From contig AP026150.1 of the NCBI GenBank assembly GCA_030295235.1, positions 372,001 to 436,000 on the forward strand: 64,000 nucleotides of DNA, given 5' to 3'. Positions 50,238-63,249 of this stretch are shown here, piece after piece. Below the pieces are notes generated by a model that made no database searches, was not told the origin of the DNA, and saw only the letters and a program-made list of their open reading frames with translations. Every line of letters begins with the position of its first letter. Position 1 is the first letter of the stretch. Source of the DNA: Fistulifera solaris (Eukaryota). The position numbers and the translations under genes were made by a program.

Positions 50238-51013
50238 TTAGTCAATAAGAATAGCATCATCTTCGCTTTTCCCGCATTGTCGTTGTACTCGTTTTTGAGC
50301 TGGAGTCCGTTCGTCGAAGGCCATGACATCGTCGTGAGGAAGAAGAGACGTGGAGGCTAATCCGCTTATGATATTTGCAAATGACAGATTCGGAACGACA
50401 CCCTTGATTTTGTTGCGGCAATTGGGGCATTGAGAGACCTGTTTCGCACAAGCTTTACAAAAACTGTGACCACAGGGAATGATTGCAACTGGCTCTACCT
50501 GTAACTCGAGACAAAGAGAGCAGTATAGCTCTTCGGTAACGTCTCTTGGCAGCACTGTGCTCCCCGTGGGTGCTGGTAGAGTCGCGGCCACAGGCGTCTT
50601 TGCAGCTGCAGATTGAACTCGGTTCCGCTTTCGTGGAGACGGCTGCGCTTGTGGAACATGACTAGCTATGTTCTCGCTTCTATACCGAACCAAATATGAG
50701 TAACGATCATCATGAAGGGAAATTTTGTCCCTGTCTTTTTAAAAATCGTAGTGGAACCACTCGGCACATACTTGTCATTGATTAGAACGTTCTTCGTCTC
50801 CATTACAGCCATCAACCCACTTTCTAGAGTAGTCAAGATGCATTCTCTGCGACTCAGCCTCTGATCAGCTATTTTTGTCATGGAATTACGACCCAATGCG
50901 ATTCTCTCGTTGCGAGCCGAAACAATAATTTCGGGGAGATTAGCTACTCCTTGACTCAATACTGCTCCAGGAATCCCGGCCGCTGGAATCAGCCGTCCAA
51001 TTGGCAAATCCAT
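50238..51013 (-). CDS. FHA-like + RING finger protein (CHFR/RNF8-like architecture), frameshift near 50740
   Basis: IALGRN...LSRR FHA-like segment; C3HC4 RING CSLC...PCGHSFC..C...CPNCR. Confidence 0.75.
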
Positions 51014-51364
51014 TTTCGATACAGAGAAGAAAAAATCAAAAAAGGATAAGGTAAGCAGAACACGAACGGAATACTCGAAGAGAAGATAATAATGGTAGGA
51101 AACCAGCATCGCAACTCCTTTTTATGGCGCGCAAAGAAAGAAACATGCCGCAGCGTGTTGAGCACCCAAAGTATTCAAAAGATTGTCGCTCAGGTACCGG
51201 TTCCCGTTATTATTTCTGTTTTCGTTCTTAGCTATTTTACGGGACTAAAAACATGTTGAGTCGTCCTCACGCCTACACTTTAACAAAAAGCGTATTGTTC
51301 AACAAACGCTTAAAGTCCACAAATAGCCAATTACAATAAGTAAGGTGCTCTAGACATTTAAATT

Positions 51365-52194
51365 ACTTCTTCTTTGTAGGAAACCTGGCAAACCTAACTT
51401 GCGTGAAGCATTCACAATTTTGCTGCCAACGATGCCTTTACTCAGTGTTTGCAGCCGCGCTTGATGAACCTTTTGTTCACTCGAACGGCATCAATAATCT
51501 CATTGTCGGCGTATCCGAGACGCTTCAATAGTTTCACGCGATAGGTACGATCCATTAACATACCTCGTTTCGTTCGTCGGTTTCCTTCTCTTATGCTTTC
51601 AAAGTCGTTTACTAAAATCTCCGGGTACTCATCGTACTCCCATCCAATTGAGACGCTTGGTCCATTCCTACAAGCAGGATTGTCGCCAAGTATGATACCA
51701 TATTCGCGAACAGTGATCTTGTCGAACTGTACATTGAAATGGTTAGGATTGGCAGCGATGGGTTTTGCCTTGGGGGTTTCCTCTACTGGCTGGGGCTTTT
51801 CGCTCACGATGATTTGTTCTGAGGTGCTAATACGCTCGTGCTCCGACGCTTCACAGTCCACCTCAGATACATTTTCTTCACCTGTAATGATATCATCAAT
51901 CTCCAAGTCCCATATATTGCCATCGACGTCTCTGCTGAGCCACAGTAATGAACTTGCCGTTGCGTTAGCATCAAACCTGGTGTCTGACCATGATTCAGAG
52001 TCATCAGTATTAACGCTTTCGGTGAGCCCTTCAGCTACCTCTCTGCTGATCTGATCAATCATCTCGTCCAGATACTCGTCTTCCGATTCATCTTGATTGG
52101 CTAACCTTTCTGCTGCGTCCCAGCTCGCCGAAGACGACTCGTCCATCAAGGTCGCCAACGTCCCCGATGAATCGCTCTTCTTCAGCTTGTTCAT
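51365..52194 (-). CDS. Hypothetical protein of a diatom-type family (VQF...VREY..ILGDNP...GP..SIGW.Y motif)
   Basis: ORF 51442..52248 carries this motif; the 3' end is probably frameshifted and both ends are approximate. Confidence 0.7.
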
Positions 52195-53029
52195 GCTAGA
52201 CGTGTTGACTGTCCGTGTCAAGTTGCGTTGTGAGGCAAGGAAGTGCATCGTGGTGTGTTTCTTTTCAACTGTTTAATGATTGTGTTACTTCGTTGTTTGT
52301 AAAATGGAGTCGAGGAGGAAGAAGGCAAACTTGCTTGGCAACGTAAGAGACAAATTCTCCTCCAAAGCAAGTGTTTCTGTGAGAACTTTGAAGTAGTAGT
52401 GCAAAAGTTCCATCCAAATTTGGGAACTATAAGCATCAAAAACAGAATTTAATGTATTTACGATTAGAGGACTACAGGGAATGTCGTAGGATTTATTGTT
52501 TTTGTCGAACCAAGGATTAAAGGGCCTTCGTTAGTTTTGCCTTCATGTAAGTGACATTAGCAGACAACAATTTCTAACTTCAAGTCTTAACGTTAGACGT
52601 TTTGGGTTTAGCTTCAATGATGAATAATCTCTGGACAGTGAAAAGTCTTCGTTGTTTACGCTACTACGTACGTAGTAGTACGTTTCCAGTCAATGGTCGA
52701 TGTTATTGTTCAGCTTCCAATGGTAACTTGAAAACTAAGTTCGACTACATTCTATCTGATACTACGTATATTTTGTCACGAAAGCCTGAACGTGACCAAC
52801 TACTACTGCACTCCGGACACTCAACTTGAACAGACGAATAATCATCGACGATACGTTCACTTTTCACTTTCACCACATTCCACATTATTTTTAACACATA
52901 TATATTTTATTCCTAATTTTTTAATCGTCAGAATCTAATCTTGACATTCGACTGAATTTTCCACTTTTCATTCACATATATTTCAGTCTGACACTTCAAT
53001 GAGTAAGCTTTGGTTCTAACTCCCTAGCC

Positions 53030-53612
53030 TTAGTGCGCTAGTAGAGGGCCAGTCCCGAGCCCGTTTCCCAATGAGGGGGATTCCGTTTTGGCATTCCTTC
53101 TCTTGGATTTCGCGAGAAGCATACTAACTGACCTGACCAGGGAAAGACTCATGCGCGCCCGGATGAAGCCACAGATCTCGGAGTATGGCTTGTTCCACTT
53201 CCGCTGAAGTTTTCTTGCAAGCTGTCTCGATGCTGAAATAGCCTGTTGTCCCATCATTCCGTCAATGGAAAAGACCAGGGGAGTGAAGTCTCGTCTGCGT
53301 TCGTGGCAAGGGGGTCCGTACATGCTACGCTTTTCACGCTCTTGAGAAGCCAGAACCTTAATCGGGTCACGGTTTCTGTATGACGGTGCGTCGGTATCAG
53401 TAACTCAGACATCGAAAATGGTCGTTCGTCTCTCATTCCAAAAGCCATAGGCCGAAACATCTCCTCGAAGCTCTTGAACCTGTGTACTGTTGTTGCTGTT
53501 GCCAAATGTGTGAATGGTAGGCTCATCGCGAACAGATTTGGGTCCAAAGGCTTGCGTGCAAAGAGACATGAATTCAGCTTTCAGATCGTCGTGTCTCTCA
53601 TTCTCGTTTCCC
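53030..53612 (-). mobile_element. 5'-truncated, decayed non-LTR retrotransposon end (restriction-like endonuclease domain, CRE-clade-like)
   Basis: RHD...RGD...IFDV*VTD...EREK..Y...FTPLVFSIDG arrangement typical of RLE C-termini; in-frame stop and frameshift; no RT domain upstream. Confidence 0.72.
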
Positions 53613-53675
53613 AAGCGCCAAAGCACACAATTCTCATTCTCAATCCGTAATCCGTACGTGGTACTCTAGTAACGG

Positions 53676-53790
53676 TACCAGCTACCAGCTACCAGCTACC
53701 AGCTACGCGAGTACTAGGTAGTCTTCCTTACTTTGTACGGAGTATTGAGATTGGAGATCCTCGATGCTCGACTGAGCACTGAGCACTGAA
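53676..53790. repeat. Heptamer microsatellites (TACCAGC)x4 and (ACTGAGC)x~3
   Basis: Directly visible at ~53676-53706 and ~53771-53789. Confidence 0.8.
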
Positions 53791-54747
53791 AACGTTTCAT
53801 ACTTGGCGAAGGCTAAAGACGGTACTACGTGCTCAAACAAATTTATTGGGTATGTAGTATTGTTAGAAAGTAAGCAGTAGACCGTGTACAGTGTACACTC
53901 GATCGAAGCGGTAACTTATGCGATCTGCATACGCCTGGCTTTTGTCTCAATGCTTTAACTATAGCTCTTTGCCTGGTAACTGTAATCCCCTTTACTGCTC
54001 CTGTTACAAGGTAAATTCCAAAATGCTGCCCCTATGAATGCTAAGTGCTAAGTGTCGAGTGCATGCAGAATGCAGAGTAGGATAATGTTTGGCGTTGCAA
54101 GTGCATTATCGAGCTAATATTTCTTATTGCCGATACTGCCAATTAGCTCTAAAAGTCTCAAAATGAGCGATGAACATGGCGACCAGCGAGCAGCTAGATA
54201 GCGAGCAAAGAGCTGAGAATGAAGAGCCTTAAGAGAATCCAAGATTCAAGCATCTTCGTATAGGTTTGTTCGTCCTAGTTAGTCAGTTAATCCATTCTCC
54301 TTTTATTCCAAGACGGTACATTTGCGGCTCCGGTCTTCCACAATCTACCTTTTCCTTTTTAAGACAATGACTACAAAGCAACTAGTGCGATGCAAGTTAT
54401 TTTCTTGGTGCGATGTGCAATCCCCAGAAGCATTCACCGTGATCTCATTCTGTTGACAGAGATATGATTGAGTCGTTGGACACTCCCGCTCACAAATAAT
54501 GGCCACTAGTTTAATTCGTTTCAATGTTTTCATGTTTAATAACTCTATAACCGAATCTTCTAAGTTTCAGTGAAGCTGACTAGTCGTTGTTTGCAGCACA
54601 AAATATGCTGCTGTTTTTTGGTCTTATGTGTAATACGAGGGTTCCAAAAAAATATACTCGAGTCCCAAGGTTGGTCTCAAGCGTCATCCTGTGGACGTTC
54701 TAAGGTTAGTTACAGATAGATATCACTAACATAGATTTGGGCAGCTT

Positions 54748-56034
54748 TCATGTTAAAGCAAAATCGTCGCTGACAGAAAAAAGAGGCGCGTCGTTTTGTG
54801 GGTCATCCGTATACTTGCGAACAGCATAGTTCACTTCGGCATCGTTTGCAGTCGTCTGGCTTTTTGATGTCGAGATACTACTCGATCGAGCAACTAAATC
54901 GGCCGGCGTCGAAAGGCTACTGACGGTCGAATGGGACGACCGAGCATCATACGGGAGAGTCGTCTTTTCTGCGATTGTATCTTCGACGTTCGACGGCGAC
55001 TTGTTGGGCTGTCCCAGTGATTTCAGTTCAACAAAATAATCACCTGTGGGTGCACACTTCGAATGAACATCCCGAATGGTTTCCGTAATGGCGTTGTCTT
55101 CGCAAGCTCCTTGCGGATCCAGCATATCATCGATGTTGTCCCACAGACTTTGCATCGTGTTGGTGGCACCTCTTAAAATGATGCCGGCGTTTTCGGAGTG
55201 CATTTCCATCGTTCGATGCATCACCTGCAACGAACGATGCACAAAGAGACCTGTTGGCAATAAAATGGTAGCGCCGGTGCAAAGCAAAATCCACCCTTTC
55301 CATCGTTCTAGTGGGTCCAGATGTACTACCGCTTGCACACAGGCACCCAAACTAACTAATACGAGAATGAAGGAGAAGGTCATGGAAAGTCGCTTGCAGA
55401 ATGTCGGTCGAATCAAAGCCTCTTGTTCGTCTTCCTTCTGCTCTTCGACCTTTTGTTCAAACACTTCCTTGAGAACCGAGCTCGTTGGCTCTTGAGGTAT
55501 CACTAAAATTTCCACATTCGCAAAACCCTGCTCCAGTAGATGCTGCGTGGCAAAATGCTTTCGTACTTGAATTTTGTTGTCTCCTACCGGCGAATTGACC
55601 ATATAATCAATGACGGCTCGGTAGGTAGGAAGTCCCGACCCCATGGCATCTTCTTCTACCGATACTTGTAAAACATGTCCTCTCACAAGAATGGAGTCTT
55701 TCTGATATCGCGCCAGGTCGGATCGCACTAACGAACTGAGCATACACACTGTCCAGCCGAGCGCCATGGCCAAACACAACCAAACATCCGATAAGTGCGA
55801 ATAATAATCCGTCGGTCCCCGTCCTCTCTTCATCGGCTGTTCCATAGTGACAGTGTTGTCATAATAGCGTTGATTGGTGCGGTGCGGATCGTCACCGCGA
55901 CTGAGATGTTGCGGTTGTTGCATATTTTGATTGTTGTTCGTAGCAAACGCAACGTCGACCGACAAGAGAAGTACAGTCAGGATGCTGCGCTTCCAAGAAC
56001 CTTTGAAGCAATTGCGTCGTGATGTAGATTGCAT
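54748..56034 (-). CDS. Hypothetical membrane protein (signal peptide + ~3 TM)
   Basis: 428-aa ORF with hydrophobic segments and a Ser-rich tail. Confidence 0.7.
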   Translation of the reverse strand: MQSTSRRNCFKGSWKRSILTVLLLSVDVAFATNNNQNMQQPQHLSRGDDPHRTNQRYYDNTVTMEQPMKRGRGPTDYYSHLSDVWLCLAMALGWTVCMLSSLVRSDLARYQKDSILVRGHVLQVSVEEDAMGSGLPTYRAVIDYMVNSPVGDNKIQVRKHFATQHLLEQGFANVEILVIPQEPTSSVLKEVFEQKVEEQKEDEQEALIRPTFCKRLSMTFSFILVLVSLGACVQAVVHLDPLERWKGWILLCTGATILLPTGLFVHRSLQVMHRTMEMHSENAGIILRGATNTMQSLWDNIDDMLDPQGACEDNAITETIRDVHSKCAPTGDYFVELKSLGQPNKSPSNVEDTIAEKTTLPYDARSSHSTVSSLSTPADLVARSSSISTSKSQTTANDAEVNYAVRKYTDDPQNDAPLFSVSDDFALT

Positions 56035-56515
56035 TTCTTCTTATTAAGGTAAAGACTAAAGATGAGTGAATAAAGGCAATGATTTTGTTCATTCATTACG
56101 TTGCGTTTGTTGTTCGTTGTTCGTTGTTGGTACTGTACTAGAGCTACTACGTACTAGCTAGCTAGAGATAAACACGGCTAGACGTACCTCTCTTTTCGCG
56201 AGGACGAACTGTGCCTAATGCCTTGAATCAGGTTGCGACATGGTTGAGACGAGGGTGACTCAAGAGCACGTTCTCCTCATAACAGGTGATTGTGAGAATT
56301 GGCCGAGGGCGCAAGCAGGTCCACCTGTCGCACCGACTCTTTAGTACTACTACTCATTGACAGACTACGCACGAGGATCCATTTCGAGTTCGGAAGCTGC
56401 ATGATAACAATAAGCAATCGATATGCGCCGCAAGAATCACCAGATCAAAAAAGTTGCAACACCAAATAATCAAGATCGATATTAACAACTTATCATAGCA
56501 TAATCAAACTGAAAC

Positions 56516-57474
56516 ATGGAAGACTTTGGTCCTAGGGGAGGCAGTCAGTGCTGTTGTTTGGTCTGTGTTCGCACAAATGAAATCGCCGTGGTAAGATTAA
56601 AACGAATTGATGATTGTTGATGCGCTCTTCATTCTTGGATCGAATTCCCTATTTCTTATTCTTTTTTTCTTCTTTCAGGTCGAAGACCTAGGACAATTCA
56701 AGCAAATGCTTTCTCCGGGTCTGTCCTTTATTTGCTGTCCTATCCAACAAGTAGCGGGTCGTTTATCCTTGCGCATCATGCAACTGGATGTCAAGTGCGA
56801 AACCAAAACCAAAGACAACGTCTTTATTTCAGTATCGGTGGCGGTACAATATCGCGTGATTGCCGAAGGGGCGTACGATGCCTTTTATCGTCTCACCGAT
56901 CCGCACGGGCAAATTCAATCCTACGTGTTCGATGTCATCCGTAGTACCGTTCCCAAAATGGAACTCGATGAAGCATTTTCGTCCAAAGATGAAATCGCGA
57001 ATGCGGTGTTGCGACAGCTACAACATGTCATGAAAGAATACGGGTACGAAATCCTGAATACCTTGGTGACCGACCTCAGTCCCGACCCTCGCGTCAAAGC
57101 GAGTATGAATGAAATCAACGCGAATCGCCGTTTAAAGAAGCCGCTTCGCACAAGGCCGAAGCTAAGAAAATCGTACAAGTCAAAGCCGCCGAAGCGGAAG
57201 CGGAGGCACGTTACTGAGTGGACTCGGCGTCGCGCGGCAGCGCAAGGCTATTGTCAGTGGCTTGCAAAGCAGTGTTGCCGCATTTAGTGAAGAAGTGGAG
57301 GGTGCCACTCCGAAAGATGTGATGGATATTCTGTTGTTGAGTCAGTATTTTGATACGTTATCCAGTGTCGGAGCCAACTCGTTGTTTTTGGAGCATGATC
57401 CAGAAACAGTAGCGTCCATGCGAGTATCGGTGCGTCAGTCTTTCTTGACGAGTGATGCCATGATGAAGCGTTAA
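56516..57474 (+). CDS. Band 7/SPFH protein, hypersensitive-induced-response (HIR)-like; intron 56591-56678; two homopolymer frameshifts
   Basis: CETKTKDNVF, YVFDVIRSTVP, KASMNEIN, RQRKAIV.GL and LLSQYFDTL motifs. Confidence 0.92.
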
Positions 57475-58089
57475 ATTGTGAATTGTTTGTTTTATGTGAG
57501 GATGGTACGGCTATTTGAAAAGAGGGAGTGGTGATCCGCTGTAGCGAAGACATTCTTTACGAATGACACAGAGAATCATGAATGTCTTGCACCAATCATG
57601 CAACACCTACGATTGGCAACAATAGAAATTTTTTCTACAACGGATCTTCGTAAATATGTTGTGCCTCTAGCTACAGTAGTATATCCGGAAACGTGCATGT
57701 TAAGAACGCTGCAGTGTACCAAGGTATCACGTATTTGACCTATTTGCTCGTTATTCAGCAAAAATTGAGAGGATCATAGAACGAAGTTTGATCACAATGG
57801 AACCTTTCGTCCAGCATCAATTATGATCGCCATTTTTAGCCTTTCAACGACTTTTTGAAAAGTCTGCAGCGAGTACCAGGTGCCGGTATTACATAGTATA
57901 TAGTATCTTCGCCTCTGTAAAATGATTAGTAGACCTAGAGACACACTTTTCCCTTGTTTTTGCAACATTTCGACGAACACTACGCGTTTGTTTGATGCCT
58001 TATTCGTTGCAATAATAATTCCGAGCAGTTCGATTACTCTTAGAAGCGAAAACGCAGACACAATAATAGAAAAGCATCGCTCTTCAAAC

Positions 58090-59439
58090 ATGGGTGACAT
58101 TGGAAAGCCGTGGTATCCAGCCGATTACGGTGATTGGTTATCGTTCGATGAAGCTCAAAAGCAGTCGCACGGCGGCATCGAATGGTGGTGCTGGCCTGGT
58201 CGAGAAGACGAATGGCTGGCACCGGAACAACATCGTCCCGACAGTCCCGTCAACAAGCCGGTATTTGCCAAGGCCGGGCACATGTATTTTGGGAAATGGG
58301 AAAAACACGAAACCGAAGATTGGTACATGTGGCATGGGTTCGGTATCTATTATCGACACAATGGCGAAATCTTTATCGGTGACTGGTACAAGGGAAAGTT
58401 GTGTGGTCTGGGTCATCGTTTGTGGTCGCCATATGCGGAAAACTGGACGGAAAATGTCAAGCAGGGCTCCGTCATTCAAGAAAATGGAGTGGGGAAGCCC
58501 TTTTTGTACGTCGGTCGATTTGTAGACAACTGGAAGCATGATAAGGCGGCGACTGCCATATTAAAAGACGGCACAACACGAGTGGGTCCTTGGGAATATA
58601 ATCAACCCGTAGGGGATTGGTGGAAGGATCATCTGGTGTTGAAAAGGACGTATGAAGTGGATCGACTTCTCGCGTTTGCCACAAAGAAGATTGACACGGA
58701 GGAGTCAGATGAGGCAAATCTTGCGTCACCCTCACTCATGGCGAAATCAATTCTCTTGGGAAATATGGTGTCTAATAAAGCAGACGAGCATCCAATATCT
58801 GTCGAAGAAGCAATGGATTTTTCAGTGAAGGAATCAGATCAGCAACAAACGCCCAAGTTGCAACGATTAGGACGCTACGCTCGCTTACAAACTTCAGATT
58901 TCCCTCGGCCTTCCAGTCCCGAAATTGAAATTACATTTACAGATGAGTACGAAGTTCCCAATCCAGTATACGACAAAGCGCAGGTAGCCGCTCTTACGGA
59001 GTGGTTAACGAATTCCGTAATAGGCAACGGTGCCGATTTTTGCGAGATGGAGCGATACGCTCGCGAACTTCTGGTAATGGGACTGCACTCGGAAGCATTG
59101 ATCAAGGAAACCTGTAGCACATTCGATGTGATATGCTGGCGATGGATGAAACCATATCATCGAAAAGTGCTACTCCGATGGGTTCAAATGAATTGTGCTG
59201 ACAATCAATTTCAGTGTCAACTGAACTGGATCACGGAGTGGCTGGCCGACAGTGTGATCGGATACGATGCTGATCCGTTGGAAATGGGATACTATGCCCG
59301 CAAACTGTTTGTTCGAGGACACCACTCCATTGCTGCTATTCAAGACAAAATCAGGTCGGAAGATGTCGATTCGTTTGAATGGATGAAGCCCATGCACAAG
59401 CGGCTCTTCCTCTCACGTTACAAACATTCTCGTACATAG
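58090..59439 (+). CDS. MORN-like repeat protein with two C-terminal SAM-like repeats, copy A
   Basis: YFGKW...HGFGIYY...IFIGDWYKGK MORN-like segments; duplicated WL...MERYA..L...G.HS...WMKP.HR unit. Confidence 0.75.
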   Translation: MGDIGKPWYPADYGDWLSFDEAQKQSHGGIEWWCWPGREDEWLAPEQHRPDSPVNKPVFAKAGHMYFGKWEKHETEDWYMWHGFGIYYRHNGEIFIGDWYKGKLCGLGHRLWSPYAENWTENVKQGSVIQENGVGKPFLYVGRFVDNWKHDKAATAILKDGTTRVGPWEYNQPVGDWWKDHLVLKRTYEVDRLLAFATKKIDTEESDEANLASPSLMAKSILLGNMVSNKADEHPISVEEAMDFSVKESDQQQTPKLQRLGRYARLQTSDFPRPSSPEIEITFTDEYEVPNPVYDKAQVAALTEWLTNSVIGNGADFCEMERYARELLVMGLHSEALIKETCSTFDVICWRWMKPYHRKVLLRWVQMNCADNQFQCQLNWITEWLADSVIGYDADPLEMGYYARKLFVRGHHSIAAIQDKIRSEDVDSFEWMKPMHKRLFLSRYKHSRT

Positions 59440-60378
59440 TAGTATACACGGTGTACCGGCTACCCATTTGGAGCTCTGCATTGTGTCTTTTTAGCAACGT
59501 ACTGTAATGTTATGAGAGCACAAATTCTCGTTGTGACTTCACAATCTCTACCTATCATCCTTTCTGAAAGATTAATTAGTTCTAAGCACCGTATTTAAAC
59601 CATTGTTATAAGCAGCATTAATATTTCGCCTTAGTTGATTCTTTACGGCTATAAGCTGTGCGGTCGTGTTGATTGACGATCACTGTGCCTATGACTGCAT
59701 TTCAGTCATGAGTCGTTATGAATTCTAAAGATGCGTGAATGCCAATCCGTTTGGCGCGCTTCATCAACTCAAATCGTAACTAAAAATGAAATTATGATTT
59801 GCAGCGTTTGCATTTTGGACATTGGTTCTTTCAGAAACGAAAAGGGTGTGGATGGTTAGTAAAAAGTGTTTCCTCAACTTTTCCACGACTGGAATTCAGT
59901 CATGAATGATTTTTCGAATGGGACTCACACTCGCTACTACCTTTCGTCCGTTCTACATGATCATCAGCTCAATGTACAGTACCCTTTTAGGATTCGATTG
60001 CCTTAGCAGCATTTCTATCATTCTGTTTGGTGCGGATCGATTTTCTTGATTACAAAGTATTGTTATAGACACAAAATGTAGACGACCTTTTACAGCGAAG
60101 CACGACTGCGAGTCAGTCACGATGTCTTCGGTCATTATTTAATTTGTGGAGCGATCAAGTACAAAGTAGAGTATTGGATGGAATGTACTCTGTACTGAAA
60201 CCGAAAAGATCTTGTGCCTTTTTTGGGCTCTATTGTTCGCGGAATTTTTGAAACTTGCATGAAAAAATAACGTGAACAGAAAAGACCTGAAGCCTTTACA
60301 ACATCCTTGTCTAATAAGGAAACAGCTCTCGAACGATACCATGCAGCTCGTATGCTATTAAATAAGTGGATTGAAACC

Positions 60379-62222
60379 ATGTTGACGCCAAGAAAAAGCA
60401 CCACTTCGACAACCGAAACGCCGACACGCTGGACGCCGCAGAAACTTCTACTTAATGATACATGGATTTCACTAGTCGAAGCGCAGCAGCTAGCCCATGG
60501 GGAAGTTGAGTGGTGGAAATGTCCGAATGTGAATGGGGAACAAGTCGAATTTTTGCAAACACCCAATCCGGTGTGGAGTAATGGTAGCAAAATGTACGTC
60601 GGTGGATGGCAAAAACATCCCAAGAAAGCTTACTTTCAATGGCATGGTCCGGGCGTCTACTATCGTCAGGATGGTCGTATCTTGGTGGGAAGATGGGTCG
60701 ATGGCAAGCTAAAAGGATTGGCCAAGCGCTTGTGGTGTCCCAACGCTCCTTGTTGGCAGGCGAATCGAAAGGCGGATTCGGTCATTAAGAACAGCGACAA
60801 ACAGGGCGTACCCTTCATTTATATCGGTAAATACAAAGGTCACTGCAAGGAAGATCACCACGCAGTCGTTATACTAAAAGATGGAACCACGCGACGTGGG
60901 CCTTGGAAGAAAAAATGCCCCTGTCGGAGATTGGTGGAGAGACCACGAAAAGGGATACACATCACCCGAAGAGATTAGTAGAATCATTGGCTTTAGTCAG
61001 ATTGAATTTACAGCAAGTGATACGGAGCCCATCATTAATGCAGCAGCTGCTACTATTGACGATGACGAATCACAGGCTCCCACGCTGGTGATGAATAACA
61101 CAACGAAACTGCCTGACGTTGACAGTGAGCAGCCTGAAGAAGTCGAATCGCGTGTATTTGTTCCTGATTATTACAAAACGGTCAATAGCAGCAATCTCCC
61201 ACCGCAAAAAATATACTTGGAACCAGAAACCAGCGAATCAGGGGGAAGTAATGCCAGGCACGGAGCTGGCACATACCGTGGGAGATGACGAAGAAGAAAT
61301 TATATTTATGGCAGGCGACAGCATGGATGAATCTCATGTCCTAGAAACAACACAATACGACCATGATCTTCGCTCAACAAAAAATCTTCCCAAGGACGTG
61401 AGTATGAGCGACCCTCTCGTGTCACCTATCACCGTTCACGAGGAGCAACGGAGTGCGCCGCAAGATTTGCCTCAGAAGCTGCTATTTGGTCATACCGTGG
61501 ACGACATATGTGTGGATGAGGTAGAATGGGATGGCGAGCCAGGCGATATCAGGCCGGGAACAACAAGTTGCGGTCAAAATGACAATTCAGCAGAGCTTCA
61601 AAGCAATGAGTTGATGGGAGAGGAAGCGCCGAGCGAGTATAAGGAAATGTTGGCTATTGAAAGAAGCGGGAAGATAGGAAATGAACGATCGAGCCTTACG
61701 GTGCCAGCTCAGTCAACTCAGATGAAATCGAAGTCCACCTTGAGCAACAATATGGACCAGCTCTCTGCCCTGGTGAATTGGCTCATGGTTGACGTCATTG
61801 GCTCGAATCCAAGTCAATACGAAATGGAACGATATGCCCGACATCTTCTTGACTTGGGATTGCATTCCTCGTTGATGATAACGTCTACATGTACAACCGC
61901 CGACGCGGCAAACTTTTCGTGGATGAAACCCTTCCATCGCCGGTGCTTTGTGCTATGGGCTCACAAGAACTGCGAAAACTATTATCAAAGGCAACTCGTC
62001 TCAATAACAACATGGCTACAGTTTGAGGTGATCGGCAACGATGCAGACATCATGGAGATGGGGTATTACGCCAGAAAACTAGTTTCAGTCGGTTTTCATT
62101 CTGTCAAAATGATCTTAGCTGTCTGCACGTACGAGGACGTAGACGCATTCGATTGGATGAAACCCGTGCACAAACGTCTCTTCCTCATGAGAGCAGGAAT
62201 TGCAAGCTCATTGCTGGCATAG
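60379..62222 (+). CDS. MORN-like/SAM-like protein, copy B (tandem paralog; apparent frameshifts near 60915 and 61205)
   Basis: Collinear with copy A across ORFs 60307..60978, 60881..61288 and 61119..62222; longer acidic linker. Confidence 0.75.
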
Positions 62223-63249
62223 GTTTTTATATGGTAAAACGTTGCTAGTCCAAATGTTCATCCCAGAGTTCTTATTGCGTGGTGGCTTCGCATCCGGCAT
62301 CAAAAAAGCATCAAGAAGCTTGCGTGGTGGGCATGGTGACGGTTGCTGGAAAGGTCGTTAGGTGCTGGGTTCTTTATCGCATAAAGTCTACGATTATTGC
62401 TACGATTATTGGTGGTGATACATTATGGTGAATTGAGGTTGGTGTTGGTCAATGTTTAATGGAAAAAAGATAGAAGATGCATTTTCGATAATGCGAAATG
62501 ATTATTTCTAACAACTGATGATGCTTGATGCTAATAATGCCGGAAGTTCGGAGTTCGGAGAAAAAATCGAATATTAAAGAACAAGTAAGAAGCAATTTGG
62601 AACATTGCGCCATAGCCCCCTGAAATATTGAAAACAGTTCATCAGGAAGATCAGGAATCAGAATGGTCTTGTGTATTTTGTACATGATTACCCCAAGGCT
62701 ACTCTTTTCTCTTTTGGAAGTAAGAAGTTGGAAGTCATTGGCCACGGTCATTGGTCGGGCAACAAAAATGAACGCCTTAAGAGGGAAAGTCGTTTCTTCA
62801 ACTTGAACTTAGTCATTTTATTTATTTAAGTTACATATCTAATGTAAACGGTACTACGTAGAGGATAAAAGTTGCACTTTATTGTTGAATCTAATACCGT
62901 TTTGACATGCTTGGGACATTGAAATCGTTTAGTGCTATTTGCATGAAACACGAAACACGAAAACCTAAATCAGATTGCGGATTCAAGGAGTACAGATTCT
63001 CCGTTCTTTATTGTTTCTTGTTGAGGGGCATAGATCCAATCTCGTTTTTCCGTTACTGTTAGACAGCAACATCTCCGTGAGCGGAACACGTGTTTCTTTA
63101 CTATAGAAGCTGTTCGTTTCGCGTTCCTCGTAAACGTGTTTGATCATCCACCGCGGCGAAAATGAGAACTGAGAACAAAACCACAACAAAAACATCGAGT
63201 CCATAAACCAATTCGATTCTTAAAAACAACACGAACACAAATAATCAAA

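Noticed and set aside
51288..51311. Hairpin resembling a terminator
   Set aside because: Short, imperfect, and intrinsic terminators are not expected for Pol II genes
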